DNA of 64,000 nt from the NCBI GenBank assembly GCA_964276515.1, contig OZ193910.1, positions 6,200,001 through 6,264,000 of the forward strand, read 5' to 3'. The translations under genes were made by a program, and so were the position numbers. The notes under the pieces are model-generated. The model saw only the letters and a program-made list of their open reading frames with translations, was not told where the DNA came from and ran no database searches. The stretch comes from Gordius albopunctatus. Taxonomy: Eukaryota. Position 1 is the stretch's first letter. Each line of letters starts with the position of its first letter. Below, piece after piece: positions 13,841-24,600 of this stretch.

Positions 13841-14017
13841 GGGTTGCCCTATCAACTCGCCAAAAACCATCTCGCCGAATTTAATATCCCCCGGTTAAAA
13901 AAGGTCCCCTAATTTAAAATCGTCCCCCATTCAACCAATCACAAAATGGGGGACCTTTTTTAACCGGGGGAAATTAAATTCGGCGAGATGGTTTTCAGCA
14001 AGTTGACGGGCCAACGT
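13841..14017. repeat. ~65-bp-arm inverted repeat (MITE-like) immediately upstream of the BCKDHA ATG, with a CCAAT box in the loop
   Basis: AAAACCATCTCGCCGAATTTAAT...CCCCCGGTTAAAAAAGGTCCCC pairs with GGGGACCTTTTTTAACCGGGGG...ATTAAATTCGGCGAGATGGTTTT. The loop contains AACCAATCA. Confidence 0.75.
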
Positions 14018-14075
14018 GGTAACTTAATCAATTTTTTTAAAATGTTTTTTCTGTGTAAAGCAACGACTGGTGCAA

Positions 14076-15605
14076 ATGATTAAAACAGTTAACCGTTTTG
14101 CGAGATCAGGATTTAGGCATTTTCATAATAATTCATATATTTCAACACTTGAATTGCTACACCCTAGCAAAGTTTTACCAATTTTTGGCCTACTTGATAA
14201 AGATGGAAGTTTAATGTCGGATAAATATCAAATAGTACACTTTGAAAATTATATAATTGATGAATGTTTAGTTTACCAAAGATTTTGCTCTAAAAGCTTA
14301 TAAAACAATGATCCAATTAAACATTATGGATAAAATATTGTATGAAAGCCAAAGGCAGGGTAGAATATCTTTTTATATGACAAACACTGGGGAAGAAGCT
14401 TGCCAGATTGGAAGTGCTTCAGCTATAGATATTAAAGATTTGATTTATGCTCAATATAGGGAAACAGGTAAGTAAGTATACAATATATTACCTTTAGCAA
14501 TATTTCCATTATTTTTTTAATTTATGATAATAATAAAACATTAATTACTTATTTGGCTGATATTTATTTTAATTGTTCTTATTAGAATTAAATATTCACA
14601 CACATTGATTAGGTGTGCTTATGTGGCGTGGCTTTACTTTAGACCAATTCATGAATCAATGTTATTCTAATTATCTTGATATGGGTAAAGGTAAACAAAT
14701 GCCTGTACATTATGGATGCAAAGATTTAAATTTTGTCACAATATCTTCCCCTGTTGGAACTCAAATTCCACAAGGTAAATTTTTTTTGTTATAGATGGTA
14801 TAAAACTAGTACCTAGTGTAAAGATTAAGATTTTTATTTAAGCTACCATTAAATAGCCCCTACCTTTAAATTATAATCTAGTTTAATTAATTAAATTACC
14901 TTTGGGATGCTTGGCAATGGCTTGGATATTAAATTCAAGAGAAAAACTCATTTATTTGATGTTTTTAATTATGTTTGTCATTGAATAAATTTATAATTTT
15001 AAGATGTTTGGAATTTCAGTTCTTTGTACACAGAGTTTAAATGACCTAATATAAGGTCTTATTACAGCCAGACTTTAAACATAAATTTTTATTTACTGTT
15101 GAGAACACATGTTTATCACAACAAATAATTTGCTAAGTATTTAAATTATTGCTAAGTATTTAAATAAATTAGGATGAGTATTAAATTATCTAGGTTTATA
15201 AATAAATTATGCTAAGTATTCAAAAGATTTTATAAATTTTAACAAATTAAGTTGTCTGTTGATTTTAAATTCATTTCAAAGTTTGACTAATCAGGTCATA
15301 AAATTAAATAATAAAAATCCTATTTTTGAAGTTCTTGTCATTGATGCAGCCAGTGCAAATCATAATGCATTTAAAACTGTTTTTCGGGATAAAATGGTTG
15401 TGTTATGCTGGGCTCATGTCAGAAGGGAACATAGCAAAAAAGTAATTAACTCAGAATTTATAATTATATTATTCTGAAATAAGGGATGTTAGTTGATAAG
15501 CACTATCAAAATGAATTAATTGAAGACATTACCAATGGGGAAAGCTCAACAAAAATGCTATAATGTACTACAATAAAAATAAAAAGTTATTTTGTACCTG
15601 TCAAA

Positions 15606-15646
<41 letters not shown>

Positions 15647-18600
15647 CCCCATTATTATAATTATATTTTGTAGTTGAATAAAAGCTCTATCAATACTCCC
15701 ATAAGCTATTTAGATTATTTTATATGTGAAGCCATTATAGAACTTGAAGGGTTTTTCACCTATAAATAAATAATAAGTGTGTTATTTAACTGCTAAGTAA
15801 ATAATTACAAATTGCTAAGTAATTTATGCTAAGTGTTTTAATTAAAGTGCTAAGTATTTTATTAAAAAACGCGAAGTATTTTATTTTTAAATGCTAAGTA
15901 TTTTATTTTTAAATGGTTAGTTTTTATTATCAAATTGCAAAGTTTTTATTTTGATATACTAAGTTTTTTTTATTAAAATGCTAAGTATTTTATTTAAAAA
16001 TCTAAATTATGAATTTTAATCAAAATTCTGAGTATTAAAAAATATAAGATGATAAGGTTTTAAAGCTAAAAAGAACAAAGTTTTAATGGTAATAATTTCA
16101 AAGAAAATGTTTAATTTTTAAAAATGCGAGGTTTTCTATTTTGAAGTGGTAAGTTATTACTTTAAAATACTAAGTTTTTTAATTCAAAGTTTTATTTATG
16201 ACACAAAAAAGTGTTCAAATTTGAAGTTAAGTTTTAATGGGAATTATTTTAATGAATTACAAAAATTTATAGTTGAAAAATATAATATTTCAATTTTATA
16301 TTGTTATAATATAAAAAATAATTTATTTTAGATTTGAATAAAAAAATTATGATTCTTTATTTGTAGGTGAAGAAATACCCTTCATGTTCTTATAATGACT
16401 TCACATATAAAATAATCTAAATAGCCAATAGGATAATTGATAGAGATTTTATTCAACTACAATATATAATTATAATAACAGTGGCTTATATATATATATA
16501 TATATATATTGGACTATCAAAGCTTTTTAAGCTTTAGAAGGTCTTCCACGTCTTCTTTTTTCTCCTAATGTGACATTTTTGGCTTACATAGGCGGTTTGC
16601 ATAATTTTAGTGCTAGAGCTGTTAAGATGCTCGAAATGGTTGTGCTTGTATACTGCTCAACCCTGGTAATAGGCACTTATCTCCTACCATTCCCATCCAG
16701 CATAAGGAGAAGATGCTGCTTATAATCCGGTTACTAGCACCAGCAAATTGAAGCTGCTGATGGGTTCTGGTTGAGTAAGATATAAACTAGCTGGGCATCG
16801 AGCAGAGTTGCTTGATATAAACCATGGTATCGAGCATGCTAGTTTGAAACTAAACATGGTTTTCAGCAGATTTTATTATAGCTTACTAGCTGAGCAGGCA
16901 ATTGGCATATAATGCTAATACAAACACAATTTTCATATTTATACATAATTGCTTATCAATTTTATTTGAATTTTTAATAATAGATCAATACATTGAGATG
17001 TTATGATATTATATATAATAAAATAAAAAATATTTATTTTGCGGTTTACCTTAGTCACATTTGTCATATATTTCATTTTTAAAGCTAGAGAGAAAATTCA
17101 AACGAAAATTGGTAGGTTAGGGTGTCATAAAGTTAGTAAAAATTAAAAAAATAGTTTTGCGGTTTTACCTTGGCGACAAGCAAATAATTTTAACAAAATT
17201 AGTGTGCGAACTTTTTAACAACGTTATAATTTAAAATAGATTTAGGTTAATTTGGAATAAGTTATTATTTTTCCACCTTATTTAACCCATATATTGTAAA
17301 TATTAATTATTTTTATTTCTTACGAAGGTTTTCGGTAGTTGGATAAACACTAACAGTTTTTAAAAACAAGTAATCTTAAGTAGTGTAAAACGTTGACAGA
17401 TTCAATACTTCATTTTTATAATTAAAATTTGTCCTATATTTTAATTGTTGAGATCGTTTTTGAGAAAATCACTTAAGAATTAACTTCCTCTTCATTTTAT
17501 AAATTTTCAATTAAAATTATATCCTTATTTATTTGTGCTAATTTAAATTGTTAAGCAATTTACGCCTTAGTTGATTTATTCCTTGCTGCAATTGCAACTG
17601 GTACGCCGGGTAGTATAAAAAAATAATACCAATTTTGCAATCTCGCCTCCCCAGCCAGATGTCATGCATGACGTGCATATTCTGATTATGGTGTCTCTCC
17701 CTCCCCTCCCCTATCATAAAATATTTGAGGAGTGTGTAGTAGTAATAAAACTCCTACTCCAACAAGGCCAAACACCGTTATTTCAAATAGTTTATTGACA
17801 AAAAATCAATTATTTTAAATGGTAAAAAATTATTGTAAATGGTTAATCTTCAACACCGGTAAATCCCCAAGATTTAAGGCATATATTATATTTAAGTGTT
17901 GATGGAGCCAGTCGATTTCTTCTATCCCTTAATATGTTCCCCGCAATGGAGAATATTCGTTCGGAAGGCACAGAGGTAGTTGGCTGAGCCAAAAAATCCC
18001 TAGCCATTTTGTTCAACCCGGGATATCGCGCCCCATGAATTCTCCACCATTCTAGAACTGTATTTGTCATAATAGGTGCTTCCTTTTCATAATCCTCTAA
18101 TTCATCGAGATCGGTCCTTGATGAAAGAGTTTCACTACATTTAATTTAATATTATACATTAGATAAAGATGAAAAATATATATATATACCTCCGCAATTC
18201 ATTTAAAATAGCCATGCTATAATCTGTAGGGTCCTCAGGCTTCTGCTCCTCAAATGTGAATGTGGTGTTGGATATATATGTAGCATGCAGCCGTATAAAT
18301 CGTGCATAATTCTCTAAAAAATATTTTAATTTTTACATTAAAATACCTGAAGTATTCATGGAGGAGGGCATTAGGTGCTTTTTCACCCTGGGGTCCAAAT
18401 AGGCTGCGGCATAAAAGTTAAAAGCCTGAAACTTTGCCATATACTTCTTATATTTGGCGCGCATGGCCATGCAGGCTTCGTTGAGTATGCCATCATCATC
18501 TATTTTATCGTCGATTTTTTGGGCGATATTTTTCATATAAATAAAAGCCATCCCAATAGATGTTTTCTTTTCTGATCCTATAATATTGGTGATATTATAA

Positions 18601-21600
18601 AAGGGCATTAAAAAATTTTATATTTTGATCAGAATCTCCAAATCTTCGTTATTGATGTGTAAGGCTGATATTATTAAGCATTTAAATGGCGTTTTGGAGA
18701 TTCTGATCAAAATATAAAATTTTTTAATGCCCTTTTATAATATCACCAATATTATAGGATCAGAAAAGAAAACATCTATTNNNNNNNNNNNNNNNNNNNN
18801 NNNNNNNNNNNNNNNNNNNNNNNNNNNNNNNNNNNNNNNNNNNNNNNNNNNNNNNNNNNNNNNNNNNNNNNNNNNNNNNNNNNNNNNNNNNNNNNNNNNN
18901 NNNNNNNNNNNNNNNNNNNNNNNNNNNNNNNNNNNNNNNNNNNNNNNNNNNNNNNNNNNNNNNNNNNNNNNNNNNNNNNNCCTATAATATTGGTGATATT
19001 ATAAAAGGGCATTAAAAAATTTTATATTTTGATCAGAATCTCCAAATCTTCGTTATTGATGTGTAAGGCTGATATTATTAAGCATTTAAATGGCGTTTTG
19101 GAGATTCTGATCAAAATATAAAATTTTTTAATGCCCTTTTATAATATCACCAATATTATAGGATCAGAAAAGAAAACATCTATTGGGATGGCTTTTATTT
19201 ATATGAAAAATATCGCCCAAAAAATCGACGATAAAATAGATGATGATGGCATACTCAACGAAGCCTGCATGGCCATGCGCGCCAAATATAAGAAGTATAT
19301 GGCAAAGTTTCAGGCTTTTAACTTTTATGCCGCAGCCTATTTGGACCCCAGGGTGAAAAAGCACCTAATGCCCTCCTCCATGAATACTTCAGGTATTTTA
19401 ATGTAAAAATTAAAATATTTTTTAGAGAATTATGCACGATTTATACGGCTGCATGCTACATATATATCCAACACCACATTCACATTTGAGGAGCAGAAGC
19501 CTGAGGACCCTACAGATTATAGCATGGCTATTTTAAATGAATTGCGGAGGTATATATATATATTTTTCATCTTTATCTAATGTATAATATTAAATTAAAT
19601 GTAGTGAAACTCTTTCATCAAGGACCGATCTCGATGAATTAGAGGATTATGAAAAGGAAGCACCTATTATGACAAATACAGTTCTAGAATGGTGGAGAAT
19701 TCATGGGGCGCGATATCCCGGGTTGAACAAAATGGCTAGGGATTTTTTGGCTCAGCCAACTACCTCTGTGCCTTCCGAACGAATATTCTCCATTGCGGGG
19801 AACATATTAAGGGATAGAAGAAATCGACTGGCTCCATCAACACTTAAATATAATATATGCCTTAAATCTTGGGGATTTACCGGTGTTGAAGATTAACCAT
19901 TTACAATAATTTTTTACCATTTAAAATAATTGATTTTTTGTCAATAAACTATTTAAAATAACGGTGTTTGGCCTTGTTGGAGTAGGAGTTTTATTACTAC
20001 TACACACTCCTCAAATATTTTATGATAGGGGAGGGGAGGGAGAGACACCATAATCAGAATATGCACGTCATGCATGACATCTGGCTGGGGAGGCGAGATT
20101 GCAAAATTGGTATAATTTTTTTATACTACCCGGCGTACCAGTTGCAATTGCAGCAAGGAATAAATCAACTAAGGCGTAAATTCCTTAACAATTTAAATTA
20201 GCACAAATAAATAAGGATATAATTTTAATTGAAAATTTATAAAATGAAGAGGAAGTTAATTCTTAAGTGATTTTCTCAAAAACGATCTCAACAATTAAAA
20301 TATAGGACAAATTTTAATTATAAAAATGAAGTATTGAATCTGTCAACGTTTTACACTACTTAAGATTACTTGTTTTTAAAAACTGTTAGTGTTTATCCAA
20401 CTACCGAAAACCTTCGTAAGAAATAAAAATAATTAATATTTACAATATATGGGTTAAATAAGGTGGAAAAATAATAACTTATTCCAAATTAACCTAAATC
20501 TATTTTAAATTATAACGTTGTTTAAAAGTTCGCACACTAATTTTGTTAAAATTATTTGCTTGTCGCCAAGGTAAAACCGCAAAACTATTTTTTTAATTTT
20601 TACTAACTTTATGACACCCTAACCTACCAATTTTCGTTTGAATTTTCTCTCTAGCTTTAAAAATGAAATATATGACAAATGTGACTAAGGTAAACCGCAA
20701 AATAAATATTTTTTTTTTTATTATATATAATATCATAACATCTCAATGTATTGATCTATTATTAAAACTCGGGCCTTCGGCCCTCGTGGGAAGGGGAGGG
20801 AAGGGGGAACTCATCTACACTCCGTATAAATGTATCATATTTGCTATGCAATTTATGGAAATACTTACGTGAATATTGCAAAACGAAGGTTGGAAGCACT
20901 AAATAAGTGTATATGCCAAATATCATAAAGGGGGAGAGAGGGATCATAATAGTCAAAAAAAACGAAAAAAAAATTTCCGAATCACATTTTGGCCAAAGGT
21001 CATTTTTTTCATTGGTCAGCAGCCAGGACACGGTAAAAGTGGATATAAATTCATAATAGTCAAAAAAAAACGAAAAAAAAGTTTTCGAATCACATTTTGG
21101 CCAATGGTTATTTTATTCCATTGGTCAGCAGCCAGCGGAAGGTCAAAAAGTCATAATAGCAATGGTAGGAACAGGAACAATCATAATAGTCAAAAAAAAT
21201 GAAAAAAAAATTGTCGAATCACATTTTGGCCAATGGTCATTTTATTCCATTGGTCAGCAGCCAGCGGACGGCCAAAAAGTCATAATAGCAATGGTAGGAA
21301 CAGGAACAATCATAATAGTCAAAAAAAACGAAAAAATAAACTCGGATACACATTTTGGCCAATGGTCATTTTTTTCATTGGTCAGCAGCCAGCGGACGGC
21401 CAAAAAGTCTTATTATCATTGATAGTAACAAGAACAATCATAAGAGTCAAAAAAAACTCCGGGATTCTAACCCAAAAACTAGATAAATTGCATAGCAATT
21501 ATTAAAAAGTATAGGGTAATTATCAATGTTAACCTATTCAAAAACGAACAAAAAACTTCGATTTATTTGGCCAATGGTAATTTTTTTCAATTATCAATGT

Positions 21601-24600
21601 TAACCTATTCAAAAAGGAAAAACGAAAAATTAGGATTTAATTGGCCAATGTTCATTTTTTCATTGGTCAGTAGCCAGCGGACGGTCAAAAAGTCATATTA
21701 TCAATGGTATTAACAATAACAAAATATTAAATTAATTAAAAAAATAAAAATTTTGCCCTCTCCTGGATTCGAACCCACATTAAATAGAGGCATAAGCCTT
21801 TGGAGGGGAACAGGGAACCATATAAATAGAGCCATAGGTCCTTGTAGGGGAGGGCATAGGGTAATTATCAATGTTAAACTATTCAAAAACGAAAAATTAA
21901 AAATTTCGATTTATCTGGCCAGTGGTCATTTTTTCATTGGTCAGTAGCCTGCGGACGGTCAAAAATTCATATTATCAATGGTATTAACAAGAACAATATA
22001 TTAATTTAAAAAAAAATAAAAATTTTTGTCCTCTCCGGGTCTCGAACCATCAATTTAGAACGTTCGCCGGGATTCAAACCCATATTAAATAGAGGCATAA
22101 GCCTTTGGAGGTGAACAGGGAACCATATAAATAGAGCCATAGGCCCTTGTAGGGGAGGGCATAGGGTAATTATCAATGTTAAACTAGTCAAAAACGAAAA
22201 ATTAAAAATTTCGATTTATCTGGCCAGTGGTCATTTTTTCATTGGTCAGTAGCCTGCGGACGGTCAAAAAGTCATATTATCAATGGTATTAACAAGAACA
22301 AAATATTAATTTAATTTAAAAAAAAAAAATTTTTGTCCTCTCCGGGTCTCGAACCCGCAACCTCCAGGTCGGGAAGCTGGTGTAAATAACTTGGTGGACG
22401 GACGGACGGACAACCAAAAACGAGCCCATAAATTGCATAGCAATTAAAATTCAAATAAAATTGATAAGCAATTATGTATAAATATGAAAATTGTGTTTGT
22501 ATTAGCATTATATGCCAATTGCCTGCTCAGCTAGTAAGCTATAATAAAATCTGCTGAAAACCATGTTTAGTTTCAAACAAGCATGCTCGATACCATGGTT
22601 TATATCAAGCAACTCTGCTCGATGCCCAGCTAGTTTATATCTTACTCAACCAGAACCCATCAGCAGCTTCAATTTGCTGGTGCTAGTAACCGGGTTATAA
22701 GCAGCATCTGCTCCTTATGCTAGATGGGAATAGTAGGAGATAAGTGCCTATTACCAGGGTTGAGCATGTAGCATATAAGCATTTTAACATCTCTAGTTAG
22801 AGCTAACCCTATTACATGCTTGAAGATGAAATTATTGTGAAATGAGGGGTAACTGCATTGCCCCTTTCGTCACATATGGCTTTCTTCAAGGAAGGTTATG
22901 GACCAGGCCTTACAATTTTGCTTTTTGAAATCCTCATAGGAGGCCCAGTCATCTATTCTGATTCTTGTATCCTGATTTATTGATTGACTTATTTTGGCTG
23001 ATACAACATAAACTTTTTTATTATTATTTTTGTACATTATGGCATTTTTGTTGAGCTTTGCCCATTGTTAGCTTTCTGTCCAAAGCTTTGTTGAAATTGT
23101 TGGAGAAGATGATATTGCAACTTGTTGTAATTGGTAATATACAGACCACTTTTAAACCATATCTATTGCAACAATTTTAAATCGAGCAAGAGGGATTCGT
23201 TCCCTTAACGTATAATAATCTTTTATTGTTCTATTCGTTGATTCCAAACAGTTGTTTGTGGATGGAGTATAAAGGCGATAACCAGTGTACCATGTATTAT
23301 TCTTATTTATCGACTCCTTCTTAAAATAATCAATAAATGTAGGTATTTTGGAATCCCATTTTAGAAGGAAGAATTTTGTTCCTTTCAGAAAAACATTTTC
23401 ATTCTGACAAAGTTGTAGCTTGTCAATTTCTTCAATTATATCATCTTGATAGTGCTTGTCAACTAACATCACCTATTCCAGAATAATATAATTATAAATT
23501 TTGAGTTAAGTACCTTTTTTGCTATGTTTTTTCTGACATGAGCCCAGCATACCACAACCATTTTATCCCCAAGGACAGCTTTAAAAGCATTATGAATTGC
23601 ACTGGCTGCATCAGTGACAAGAACTTCAAAAACTGGATTTTTATTACTTAATTTCATGACCTTATCATTAGTCAAACTTTGAAACATCAACTTGAAGTCT
23701 TCCTCGGTTTCATGAGAAGCCACACAAACCCCCAGGCGATGAAATTTTTTGTCAAGATCTGAGAGACCCACAACTAGATGTGGAAAACCTTGCCACATAA
23801 TTTTATAGGTAGCATCAGCATGCAATACTTCAGAAAGGTTGGAGTTTAATAGCAACCTAAAAAATATATAAAACAAACGGTAACTATTTATTTTTACCTT
23901 TTGGTTGAAATAAAAAATTTGAATCTTCCATCTTCGTAAGATGCTTCATAGGTAACTATGTAGAGAGTGTCCTCTTACAAAGGAATCGACGAATTTTCAC
24001 TTAGCCAGAATTTTAGTTCCCCTTTGAGGCACCCTACTTTCTTTTCCTGAGTGTTGTCAAAAAATTTCTCAATTGAGGCATTGAGGGTGATCGGAGATTC
24101 ATCTTATGGATGTTGTCTAATATTGATTTCGGTTTTAGACCCAATTCAAACATACGATGGACTTCAGTTTTAACAGAATCATCAATTTTATTCAAGTTTG
24201 AAGGAGTAGATTGATGGGTGTGCAAAGAATTAGCATTAAACACAATAACTCTTTCTGGTGTTGATTCATACAGCAAAAAACATCTTGCTTTGCATTGCAC
24301 TACACGAAACTTTACTTGATTACATCTAAGTAAAAATACAATATTCAAATCAAATATATAACAACCTGTAATACACTTTTATGCCTTCCTCCGTTTTATT
24401 TTGGTACCAAAAGCCCTATATATTATCGGCTTTAAGAGCCCCTTTTACCTCACACTCATTTTCATAGGTGGCCTTTTTTACCCATTCAATCGATCTGTAC
24501 AACTGCCTGCTATGAATGTCAATTACTGCTTCTTCCTCTTCGTCTGATAAATAAGGCGAGATTTGTTGGACTTCCATAATTAAGCAATTAAATGACTCTA

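Larger units (their letters stand above)
16614..22795. mobile_element. Foldback (palindromic) hAT element: two head-to-head copies of the 3' half of a hAT transposon
   Basis: Ends TAGAGCTGTTAAGATGCT / TAGAGATGTTAAAATGCT with a degenerate 8-bp TSD (TTTAGTGC/GTTAGAGC). Arm 16653-18642 pairs with 19097-20764 plus 22445-22766. Both arms carry identical hAT dimerisation-domain ORFs. Confidence 0.85.

Noticed and set aside
18727..19012. ORFs running through X residues
   Set aside because: Artefacts of the N gap and the duplicated contig ends.
20940..21460. Regular repeats that could resemble a CRISPR array (also 6040-6600 and 62295-62470)
   Set aside because: The units are contiguous with no unique spacers, there are no cas genes, and the context is eukaryotic. 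They are Helentron tandem cores or a minisatellite.
22340..22385. Functional tRNA genes here, at 45951-46021 and at 6684-6750
   Set aside because: No acceptor stem or clean anticodon arm, and all lie inside the repeat family. Kept only as tRNA-like remnants.
21162..22508. ORF-track peptides such as [12 protein letters not shown]... and the similar ORFs at 5639-6404
   Set aside because: Chance frames within non-coding repeat units, present on both strands with no domain.
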